DNA of 48,929 nucleotides from NCBI RefSeq assembly GCF_049651565.1, contig NZ_JBASCI010000120.1, positions 1 to 48,929 of the forward strand, given 5' to 3'. A program made the translations under genes and the position numbers. Below the pieces are notes generated by a model. That model was not told the DNA's origin. It saw only the letters and a program-made list of their open reading frames with translations, and ran no database searches. Positions 39,587-47,805 of the stretch are shown piece by piece. Every line of letters begins with the position of its first letter. Within the stretch, counting starts at the first letter, position 1. Origin of the DNA: Brooklawnia sp. Its GTDB lineage: Bacteria; Actinomycetota; Actinomycetes; Propionibacteriales; Propionibacteriaceae.

Positions 39587-40515
39587 TGCCCGACGCCTTC
39601 GACGTTCTCGCCGCACTCATCCGCGTCGACCGGACACCGAACCTCGCCGCGGCGGCCCGAAGTCTCGCAGCGGCTGGAGTGCCGCTGTTCCCGTGCGAGG
39701 CCGGAGGGAAGCGACCGCTCACCCGCCGGGGGTTCCTCGACGCGAGCAGCGACCCTGGGCAGGTTGCGGCGTGGTGGTCGCGTACCCCGGATGCCAACAT
39801 CGGTCTCCCGACCGGGGCACGGTCGGGTGTCGTCGTCGTGGACGTCGATGTTCACGGCCCAGTCGATGGTCGCACCGCCTGGCGCCGTGCCTCGGAGGCG
39901 GGGCTGGTGGACGGGGCGGGTCTGCTGGTGCGCACCCCGACCGGCGGCGCGCACGCCTACTTCCCGACCACGTCGGGCACAGAGCAGCGGTCGTGGCAGG
40001 CCGCCAGTGCTGGGGTCGATTTCCGGGGCGACGGCGGCTACATCATCGCCCCGCCCTCCCGCCGAACCATCGACGGCACCCTGCGGCGCTACGAGATCAC
40101 CGACCTCGCCGCCCACTCAATCGGACCCATCAACGCCGCACGATTGCGCGACTTCCTCGACCCCCGACCCGCCCCGCCGCCGCGAAACGGCGACGGCGCG
40201 ACCGCGACGGTCGATGCTGAACGGCTCGCGGCATGGGTCGCCGGACGCGGTGAGGGCGAACGAAACCGGGGACTGTTCTGGGCCGCCTGCCGCCTCGCCG
40301 AGAACGGCACCCCGCCCACCGACACACTCGGCGCTCTCGGCCCTGCCGCTGCGCAGGCGGGCTTGAGCGAGCGGGAGATCGCCACGACCGTGCGTTCGGC
40401 CTACCGCGCCACCACCACAGAAGCCGCCTCTACCAATCGGACGCAGGGTTCGGATCGGTGGTGCTCGCGCTCGGCACCCTCGCCCGTGGTCTCGGCAGGG
40501 AGGGCGGGGCTGTGA
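39583..40515 (+). CDS. Bifunctional DNA primase/polymerase (Prim-Pol + PriCT-like)
   Basis: FPC...GKRP, ANIGLPTG...VVVDVD, RTPTGGAHAYF, DFRGDGGYIIAPPS and GERNRGLFWAAC motifs. Confidence 0.92.
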   Translation: MMPDAFDVLAALIRVDRTPNLAAAARSLAAAGVPLFPCEAGGKRPLTRRGFLDASSDPGQVAAWWSRTPDANIGLPTGARSGVVVVDVDVHGPVDGRTAWRRASEAGLVDGAGLLVRTPTGGAHAYFPTTSGTEQRSWQAASAGVDFRGDGGYIIAPPSRRTIDGTLRRYEITDLAAHSIGPINAARLRDFLDPRPAPPPRNGDGATATVDAERLAAWVAGRGEGERNRGLFWAACRLAENGTPPTDTLGALGPAAAQAGLSEREIATTVRSAYRATTTEAASTNRTQGSDRWCSRSAPSPVVSAGRAGL

Positions 40516-41174
40516 TGCGTGAGACGAGTCCGCGACGGTGGGCGGCTGGGACGGCGGTGGCCGGGACGGTGTTCATCGCCGCCGGGGCGTTCTGGCTGTC
40601 GTTCACCTCGCTGGCCGATCTTGCCGCGCGTTCGGGGATCGGGGCTGGGCAGGCGTGGGCGTGGCCGCTGATCGTGGACGGCATCATCGTCGTCGCGACC
40701 GTTGCCGTCGTCGCTCTCGCCGGGCAACGCTCCGCCTGGTACCCCTGGGCACTCCTGACCGGTGGCGCGCTCGTCTCGGTCACCGCGAACGCGATCCACG
40801 CCGTCGTCGCCGCCGACGCCGACGTTCCCAGCGTTCTTGCCGCCTCCGTGGCCGCCGTACCCCCGGTCGTGCTGCTCGCGATCACGCACCTCACCGTCAT
40901 CCTCACCCGCACCCCGAGCCCGGCACCGGTACCGGAGACGCCGGACCGGCACGAGGTCGCCGTGCTGGCGTCGGCTCCTGCCGAGGTCGAGTCGCTCGAT
41001 CCGGCGGATCGTCGGGCGTTGGGGTGGGAGCTGCGCGAGGCGGGGTGGTCGAACAAGCGGATCGCCCGCAAGCTCGGCGTGCATCCCTCGACCGTGGGCC
41101 GCTGGTTCGCGCCCGCACACCTTCCTACTGACATCACCGGTTCCGCCGACGAGCGGGAGGAGACCAGCCCATGA
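40515..41174 (+). CDS. DUF2637 membrane protein with a C-terminal HTH
   Basis: AFWLSFTSLADLA, WPLIVDG and SVTANAIHA motifs. C-terminal GWSNKRIARKLGVHPSTVGRW. Confidence 0.85.
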   Translation: MRETSPRRWAAGTAVAGTVFIAAGAFWLSFTSLADLAARSGIGAGQAWAWPLIVDGIIVVATVAVVALAGQRSAWYPWALLTGGALVSVTANAIHAVVAADADVPSVLAASVAAVPPVVLLAITHLTVILTRTPSPAPVPETPDRHEVAVLASAPAEVESLDPADRRALGWELREAGWSNKRIARKLGVHPSTVGRWFAPAHLPTDITGSADEREETSP

Positions 41175-41599
41175 ACACCACCGACAACCCGCAGCACAAC
41201 GACCCCCGCCACGATCCGCAGCGGATCGTGCCGACCCCAGCCGACGAGGCACTCTCCGTGCCGCATGAACACCGCGAGTCTGCCGCTGAAGCCTCGACGA
41301 CGCCGGAAGCGGTGCGTGCCGCACAGGTCGCCCGCACCGAGAAGCAGCACGCCGCGGTGGTTCGTGGCCGGGGTGTGGAGTGGGTGCGCCCGACCGATCT
41401 GATGGCCCGGCATTCGGCGAACGTCGCCGGGCGCGGCCTGGACTTCCAAGCCGAGCTCGCCCGCCGCACCCGCACACCGCTGCGGATCGGGATGCAGGCC
41501 GCGCGGGATCGGGCGCGTCGTCTTCCGCCGATCACGGCGTTCGGGCGACGCGCCGTCACCACGTCGGCACCGACGCGGCCTGGGGTCGGGATGGGATGA
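41171..41599 (+). CDS. Hypothetical backbone protein
   Basis: 142 aa, ATGA-coupled to DUF2637, SD GGAGGAG. Confidence 0.65.
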   Translation: MNTTDNPQHNDPRHDPQRIVPTPADEALSVPHEHRESAAEASTTPEAVRAAQVARTEKQHAAVVRGRGVEWVRPTDLMARHSANVAGRGLDFQAELARRTRTPLRIGMQAARDRARRLPPITAFGRRAVTTSAPTRPGVGMG

Positions 41600-41686
41600 C
41601 AGGTCGTGGTCCAGACGGCAACCAGCACGGGAGGGGCGCGTTCGTGGGAGCGGGCGCACACCTACCTGCCAGGAGGTGCCGACACC

Positions 41687-42565
41687 ATGACCACAACCAC
41701 CGAGCCCAGCATCGAATCCTCGCGTGAGGACTTCACGACCGGCGAGGGCCTGCGCGCTCTGCTGCACCGGCTCCACACGGGCGGTGAGGATGCCTGGGTC
41801 AATGATCCGGTCGCGCGCGATCTGATGGAGTTCGCCGCCGAGAAGTACAAGGCGCTGGCGCGCAAGCACCGCCTCGATACCTGGGAGGCGGTCGCGGCTG
41901 CGTTCGACGCGATGCAGAACCGCTCCACCCGTGAAGCCGACGACCCGTGGGCGATCATCACCCACGCCGTGCGAATCACCTGCATCTACGAAGAACGCGC
42001 CCAAGGCCTGCTCTGTTCGGTGCACCAGGCCCGCCGCTCCCACGTCTCGGCGTTCCACGACCCCGAACGGTTCTCCGACCGCGACACCGCCCTCTCTGAC
42101 TATCACCCCGCCTTCCAGGTCACCGACGATCTGCCCAGCGACATCGAGCCCGACCCGCATGACCTGCTGGGGTCGGCGCAGGCCTGCATGTCAGCCACGT
42201 CGGCAGCAGAGGACGCGATCGCGCTGCTGTGCCTGCTCGACTGGCCGACCGACACCGCGCGAGCCTCGGTCGAGCACGTCTGCGGCGCCCTCACCAAAGC
42301 CGGAACCCGCCAGTCCGCCTACGAGGCGCTGCGGCGGGACCGGCACGCCCGCGCGCTCCTCGACCTGCCCCGCCGCACCTGGACAGCGCTGCTGCGGGCT
42401 CTGCTCGGGAACCCGCACCCCGCCTACGCGGCGACCAGCGCGGGCCGTGGGGTGCTGCTGCGGTTGCTGCTCGGGGAGACCTTGGAGCTGTTGCTGCGCG
42501 ACGACGACCTGATCCTCGCCCTCGCACTCGCCGCACCCAGAGCCCAGGGCGGTGAGCCGCGATGA
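41687..42565 (+). CDS. Hypothetical backbone protein with a possible sigma-70 region 2-like N-terminal half
   Basis: SD AGGAGG, 292 aa, coupled to the parB-like gene. The sigma resemblance is by eye only. Confidence 0.7.
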   Translation: MTTTTEPSIESSREDFTTGEGLRALLHRLHTGGEDAWVNDPVARDLMEFAAEKYKALARKHRLDTWEAVAAAFDAMQNRSTREADDPWAIITHAVRITCIYEERAQGLLCSVHQARRSHVSAFHDPERFSDRDTALSDYHPAFQVTDDLPSDIEPDPHDLLGSAQACMSATSAAEDAIALLCLLDWPTDTARASVEHVCGALTKAGTRQSAYEALRRDRHARALLDLPRRTWTALLRALLGNPHPAYAATSAGRGVLLRLLLGETLELLLRDDDLILALALAAPRAQGGEPR

Positions 42566-43557
42566 CCGACCCGCAGACCGGTATCCAGCTCGACCGGGCC
42601 GTCGATTCCCTGATCGTCGGCAAGCGCCACCGCACCGACCTCGGCGACATCGAAACCCTCGCCGCCTCCATCGACCGCGACGGCCTCCTTCAACCGTTGA
42701 CGATCACCATCGACGGGGTGCTCGTCTGCGGGGCGCGCCGCTTGGCGGCGATCAAGATGCTTGGCTGGCGCACCGTCAGCGTGTGGGTACGCGGCGGCCT
42801 GTCGGATCGGCTCGGGAAGCTCCTCGCGGAGCAGGACGACAACATGCTCCACAAGCCCTACAACCAGCTCGAAGCCGCGGGTCTCTACCGCGAGATCAAG
42901 GAAGTCATGGCCGAAGACGCAGCCCGCCGGAAGTCCGCCACCCAGTTCAGCACCGAAAACCAGCCGGGAAATGACGGTCCCGCAAGATTTGCGGGACCGT
43001 CAGGAGCGCTCGGAGACGCACGAAAACTCGCCGCAGCGATGATCCCCGGCGGCGCTTCACACACCACGCTGGAGAAGATCGGCTACATCGAAGAGATCGC
43101 AGCCAACCCCGCCCAACCCGAGACGCTCCGCGCGGAAGCCGCAGTCGCGTTGGAGCGGATCGAAGCAGGCGACCCGGTGCATCCCCTCTACCTGGCGATC
43201 CACGAATCGGCAGAGGCTGCGCGTGAGGTGCGCCAGGCGACGATGCACGCCCTCGCCGAGGATGCCGTCGCCCGCGCCAACGCCATGAAGAAGGGCAAGA
43301 AGCCCAAGCCCCGCCCCAAGCCACTCGTGCCCGACGACGCACCACCGGTGCAGTACCCCGTGCGGGCGTTCGTCCAGACCTGGGGCGAACTCGCCAGCTG
43401 GTGGACCCACTACGACATCGACGTGCTCGCCGTCGAACTGACCGACGACCAGTACGAGAACTTCCTCACCGTCGCCGAAGCCACCGCACGCTTCGCCGAC
43501 GACCTCCGCACCGCACGCGACGCCCACGCAGCACAGCCGATCCTGCGCGCACTCTGA
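42562..43557 (+). CDS. ParB N-terminal (CTPase-like) domain protein
   Basis: R.DLGDIETLAASI...GLLQP.TI...LVCGARRLAA (GxxRxxA motif), then an HTH-like region. Confidence 0.88.
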   Translation: MTDPQTGIQLDRAVDSLIVGKRHRTDLGDIETLAASIDRDGLLQPLTITIDGVLVCGARRLAAIKMLGWRTVSVWVRGGLSDRLGKLLAEQDDNMLHKPYNQLEAAGLYREIKEVMAEDAARRKSATQFSTENQPGNDGPARFAGPSGALGDARKLAAAMIPGGASHTTLEKIGYIEEIAANPAQPETLRAEAAVALERIEAGDPVHPLYLAIHESAEAAREVRQATMHALAEDAVARANAMKKGKKPKPRPKPLVPDDAPPVQYPVRAFVQTWGELASWWTHYDIDVLAVELTDDQYENFLTVAEATARFADDLRTARDAHAAQPILRAL

Positions 43558-43593
43558 GTTCTCGCCGCGGTCGCGAGCGTGCACCTGCCAGGC

Positions 43594-44286
43594 ATGAGCC
43601 CTGCACCCACTGATCCCAAGACTCGCCGCCGACTCGTCGCCCTCATCGCCGCTGGCATCGTCCTGCTGCTCCTGGCCGCAGTCGGCGTCTACGGACTCCT
43701 CACCGGCCCCCGCAACCCCAGCACGACCGATCCGCGCCCCGAGCCGTCGCCGACCGTGACCACACCATCGTCGCCGGGGCCGTCAACGCCGCCGTTGCCG
43801 AAGGTTCCAGCGGTGCCGCGCTCGACCGATCCGGTCACCTTCGCCGAAGGCGTCGCCACCACCTTGTTCGCCTGGGACACCGCGCTGGGGCTGTGGCCGC
43901 TGGACTACACCTCGGCGATCCTCACCGTCGGTGACCCCTCCGGCGACGAGCAAGCAGGCCTCGCCTCCGACATCGCCACCTACCTGCCGAACCGGGACGC
44001 CTGGATCGAACTACGCCAGTACGCCACCACCCAGCACCTCGTCATCGACACCTCGCTCGTCCCTGACGCCTGGGCCGACGCAGTGGCGCAGGCGCAGCCC
44101 GGGCAGATCGCCCCCGGCACAACCGCGGTCACGATCGAGGGCACCCGCCACCGCTCCGGCATCTGGAACGGCCAGCCCGTCACCTCCGAGCATCCCGTCT
44201 CGTTCACCGTGTTCGTGGTCTGCGCACCGACGTACCCGACCTGCCACGTGCTGCGGCTGTCCCAGCTCGACAACCCCCTCCGCTGA
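43594..44286 (+). CDS. Single-pass membrane protein of the transfer region
   Basis: N-terminal TM, Pro/Thr linker and an extracytoplasmic domain. First gene of the transfer block. Confidence 0.7.
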   Translation: MSPAPTDPKTRRRLVALIAAGIVLLLLAAVGVYGLLTGPRNPSTTDPRPEPSPTVTTPSSPGPSTPPLPKVPAVPRSTDPVTFAEGVATTLFAWDTALGLWPLDYTSAILTVGDPSGDEQAGLASDIATYLPNRDAWIELRQYATTQHLVIDTSLVPDAWADAVAQAQPGQIAPGTTAVTIEGTRHRSGIWNGQPVTSEHPVSFTVFVVCAPTYPTCHVLRLSQLDNPLR

Positions 44287-44295
44287 GGTGCCGCC

Positions 44296-45915
44296 GTGTT
44301 CCGCAAGACAGCTATCGCCGCCCTCGCGCTCATGTTCCTCGCCCCGTCCGTCATCCTGCTCGGGATCGGGGCACTGATGAACCCCGCCGCCGCCAACTGC
44401 GCCACCACCACAGACGTGGTCAGCCTCGGGCCTGTGCCGGACTCGCTCACCGTGACCACGGCCAACGGTGAGACGTTCACGCTGAACCGGCAGCAGCTCA
44501 CCCACGCCGCCACGATCATCGCCATCGGCAACAACACCGACGGCGTGGGCAGGCCCGGGATCAAGATCGCGCTCATGGCCGCGCTCACCGAGTCCACGCT
44601 GCGGATGCTGTCGAACACCGGCACCTACCCCGAGAGCGCGAACTACCCCAACGACGGCAACGGCTCCGACCACGACTCCCTGGGTCTGTTCCAGATGCGC
44701 CCACAGTCGGGCTGGGGTTCGGTCGCCGAACTCATGGACCCCACCTATCAAGCGCGAGCGTTCTTCGGCGGGCCAACCGGACCGAACTACCCCTCGCCGC
44801 GCGGTCTGCTCGACACCCCCGGCTGGCAGCAGATGTACCCCGGCGAAGCCGCCCAAGCCGTCGAGGTCTCCGCCTACCCCGACCGCTACCGCAACTACGC
44901 ACCCGTCGCCGACACCATCCTCACCACCCTCACCACAGGCAGCTCCAGCACGACACCGGCGGGGGCCGCTGGCCCAGCATCGTTGTCGTCGAGGGTGGTG
45001 TTCCCACTCCCGGAGGGGACCTGGGTGGCGACCTCGCCGTTCGGGATGCGCGTGCATCCAATCACCGGCGAGTACAAGCTGCACACCGGCGCGGACTTCG
45101 CAGCACCCGACGGCACCCCGATCCTCGCCGCAACCGGCGGCACCGTGACCGTCGCCGAGTTCACCAGCGGCTACGGCGGACTCATCGTCATCGAGCACAC
45201 CATCGACGGCCACAAGATCGCCACGGCGTACGCCCACATGTGGCAGCACGGCATCCACGTCAAGACCGGCGACACGGTGCGGGCCGGGCAGCACATCGGC
45301 GATGTCGGCTCCTCCGGATACTCCACCGGTGCGCACCTGCACTTCGAAGTCCGTCAAGGCGGCATCAATGGCGACTTCATCGACCCCGCCGCCTGGCTCA
45401 ACCAGCACGGAGCCGCGAACCTCCCCGAAGCCACCAGCGGATCACCCGCCGCCTGTCGTGCGGCGGGGACCGCAGGGCCGCCCACCGGCGTCGATGGCGA
45501 CCCTGACCGGCTCGTCGACGATCCCACCACCGGCGGGAAGATAACCGCCAGGCTGCTGCACCTCTACCAGCAGACCCTCGCGGCGTTCCCGGACACTGGC
45601 TGGGGTTGCTACTCGCCGCGCCCCGGCACCAAGTCGGAGCATCCCCTCGGGCGGGCGTGTGACATCACCTTCGGTAATCGGATCGGCCAACGCCCCAGCC
45701 CCGCCCAGCTCGACGCCGGATGGGCCGTGACGAACTGGATGAAAGACAACGCAGGCGTCCTCGGCGTCGAATACCTCATCTGGCAAGGCCAAATCTGGTC
45801 CGTCAGCCGCGACGCTGACGGCTGGCGACCCTACAACGGCGGCGGCATGCACAACCCCAACGATGTAACCGGAGGCCACTACGACCACCTCCACGTCACC
45901 GTGAAAGCAGGATGA
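44296..45915 (+). CDS. Multi-domain peptidoglycan hydrolase (lysozyme-like + M23 + second metallopeptidase-like domain)
   Basis: Signal/TM, then AALTES...SLGLFQ.R..WG, M23 motifs HTGAD and HLHFE, and C-terminal SEH..GRACD...HYDHLHV. Confidence 0.85.
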   Translation: MFRKTAIAALALMFLAPSVILLGIGALMNPAAANCATTTDVVSLGPVPDSLTVTTANGETFTLNRQQLTHAATIIAIGNNTDGVGRPGIKIALMAALTESTLRMLSNTGTYPESANYPNDGNGSDHDSLGLFQMRPQSGWGSVAELMDPTYQARAFFGGPTGPNYPSPRGLLDTPGWQQMYPGEAAQAVEVSAYPDRYRNYAPVADTILTTLTTGSSSTTPAGAAGPASLSSRVVFPLPEGTWVATSPFGMRVHPITGEYKLHTGADFAAPDGTPILAATGGTVTVAEFTSGYGGLIVIEHTIDGHKIATAYAHMWQHGIHVKTGDTVRAGQHIGDVGSSGYSTGAHLHFEVRQGGINGDFIDPAAWLNQHGAANLPEATSGSPAACRAAGTAGPPTGVDGDPDRLVDDPTTGGKITARLLHLYQQTLAAFPDTGWGCYSPRPGTKSEHPLGRACDITFGNRIGQRPSPAQLDAGWAVTNWMKDNAGVLGVEYLIWQGQIWSVSRDADGWRPYNGGGMHNPNDVTGGHYDHLHVTVKAG

Positions 45916-46187
45916 CCGGAATGGGCGTCTTCCCGGACTTCGACGGCCTCGGCGGCATCGGCGACCTCCGCGCCGTCGTCGGCGCACTCCTCACGTTCGT
46001 GCTGATCGTCGCCGTGCTCATGCTGATCGTCTCCGCGATCGTGTGGGCCATCGCCTCTGCCCACGGCAACTATTCCACCGCAGGCAAAGGCAGAGTCGGC
46101 GTCCTCGTCTCGGTCGGAGCCGCCGCGCTCGCCGGTGCCGGGGTGGCCTGGATGAACTGGCTCATCAACCTCGGCCAACAGCTCTAG
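45912..46187 (+). CDS. Pilin/VirB2-like small membrane protein (DUF6112-like)
   Basis: 91 aa, two TM helices, GK..VLVS.GAA motif. Paralog of 47448-47771. Confidence 0.7.
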   Translation: MTGMGVFPDFDGLGGIGDLRAVVGALLTFVLIVAVLMLIVSAIVWAIASAHGNYSTAGKGRVGVLVSVGAAALAGAGVAWMNWLINLGQQL

Positions 46188-46190
46188 CAG

Positions 46191-46226
46191 CAGCGCGTGG
46201 GCGTGTCACTCGCCCCGGGCGCGCTG
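46191..46226. terminator. Imperfect GC hairpin between convergent genes
   Basis: CAGCGCG/CGCGCTG and GGGCG/CGCCC stems between the stops at 46187 and 46242. Confidence 0.35.
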
Positions 46227-46241
46227 GTTGTATCCGAAAGG

Positions 46242-47321
46242 TCAGTCGTCGTTGGCTGAGGGTAGTTCTCGTCGTGCGAGCCGTTCGCGCGCCTCGCGGA
46301 GCATGAGTTGGAGTCGCTGTTCGAGTTCGTGCTTGGGTGGCAGTGCTGTCCAGTACTCGGCGACAACGATGCCGTCCTTATGCATCTCCAGCAGTTCAAC
46401 CTGTTCACGGCTGGCCTCCGCGCACAGGACCAGACCAACGGGTGCTTCCTCACCTTCGTGGCGCTCATGCCGGTTGAGCCACTTCAGGTAGAGCTTCATC
46501 TGACCCTCGTAGCGGGCGTCGAACTCGCCGATCTTGAGCTCCACTGCGACGAGCCGCCTCAAGGGCCGGTGGTAGAGGAGCAGGTCGAGGTGGAAATCCT
46601 TGCCGTCGATCACCATCCGCTTCTGCCGCTCCACAAACGTGAAGCCCGTGCCGACCTCCAGCAGGAACGCCTCCAGGTCACGCAGAATCGCCGCTTCCAA
46701 GTCCGCTTCGAGGTAGCCGTCGTGGAGGCCGAGGAAGTCGAGCAGGTACGGGTCGCTGAACGTGTCTGCGGGAACCAGTGACCCCGACCCGAGCTGTGAG
46801 TCTGCGAGCTCGCGACGTTCGTAGGCTTTGCGGCTGATCGCGCGACGCAACTCTCGCACTGTCCACCGCCCCGCGACCGCTGCCTCGGCGTAGAAGGCCC
46901 GCGCATCGTCACTGCGCAACGGCAGGAGGGCGAGGAAGTGCGACCAACTCAATTTCTGTGACAGCGTCACCAGAATCTCGCGGTCAGGGAACAGGCGGGA
47001 GAACTTGACCATCCGGTTCAGGTTCGGCTCGTCGAAGCCCCGCCCGAAGCGGCCCGTCAATTCCTGTGACAGCGTCACCAGAATCTGCGCACCGTACTCG
47101 GCGCGCCCAGCGCCGAGTACTTCGGAGTCGATGATCGAGCCGATCTGCCAGTACGTCATCGTCAAGGTCGCGTTGGCGTAGGAAGCGATCGACTCACGAG
47201 CGCTTTCGATGAGAGCCGACACCTGTGCGACCAGGTCCTGCTCGGACGACGGCACTCCCGCACCTGGGCGGCGCGCGAGACCGTCACCTGGCTCTCGGCG
47301 TGGTGCGGCGGGCTCGTTCAT
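46242..47321 (-). CDS. Second YhcG/DUF1016 PD-(D/E)XK nuclease-family protein, antisense within the transfer region
   Basis: LSWSHF, DPYLLDFL, GFTFVERQKR, LVAVELK and YEGQMKLYLKWL motifs. Clearly paralogous to 25296-26342. GAGACT 6 nt before the ATG. Confidence 0.9.
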   Translation of the reverse strand: MNEPAAPRREPGDGLARRPGAGVPSSEQDLVAQVSALIESARESIASYANATLTMTYWQIGSIIDSEVLGAGRAEYGAQILVTLSQELTGRFGRGFDEPNLNRMVKFSRLFPDREILVTLSQKLSWSHFLALLPLRSDDARAFYAEAAVAGRWTVRELRRAISRKAYERRELADSQLGSGSLVPADTFSDPYLLDFLGLHDGYLEADLEAAILRDLEAFLLEVGTGFTFVERQKRMVIDGKDFHLDLLLYHRPLRRLVAVELKIGEFDARYEGQMKLYLKWLNRHERHEGEEAPVGLVLCAEASREQVELLEMHKDGIVVAEYWTALPPKHELEQRLQLMLREARERLARRELPSANDD

Positions 47322-47447
47322 GCCTCAAGTCTCCCAGAACCCACCGACAAACGCCGGGCCCCACGGGTCAGCGGGCGCACCTGTGGCGTGTACCCCGTCT
47401 GTGCATCCGCGCTGGCGGGCCGACTGCCCGCGTCAAGGAGACCCACC

Positions 47448-47771
47448 GTGTTCGATCTGCTCACCACTACCGTCCTGCCCGCCGTCGGCCTGGTGCCGAT
47501 GGACATCAACATCGACCCCAACACCAACGGCCTGCCCGGGATCAACCAGCTGCGCACCATCGTCGGCGCGGTGATGACCATCGGCCTGATCCTCTCCGTC
47601 CTCGCACTGATCGTCTCCGCGATCGTGTGGGGCTTCGGAGCGAACTCCAGCAACCCTCACCTCGCCAGCAGGGGGAAGATCGGCGTCCTCGTCTCCTGCG
47701 GCGCGGCGGTGATCTGCGGTGCGTCGGTGACGCTCATCAACTTCTTCTGGAACGTCGGCCAGCAGGTCTGA
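47448..47771 (+). CDS. Pilin/VirB2-like small membrane protein (DUF6112-like)
   Basis: SD AAGGAG with GTG start. PNTNGLPGI..LRTIVGA...RGKIGVLVSCGAA. Confidence 0.75.
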   Translation: MFDLLTTTVLPAVGLVPMDINIDPNTNGLPGINQLRTIVGAVMTIGLILSVLALIVSAIVWGFGANSSNPHLASRGKIGVLVSCGAAVICGASVTLINFFWNVGQQV

Positions 47772-47805
47772 CCCGCATCGTCGTCGAGAGGTCTGGTGGT
47801 TCGTG

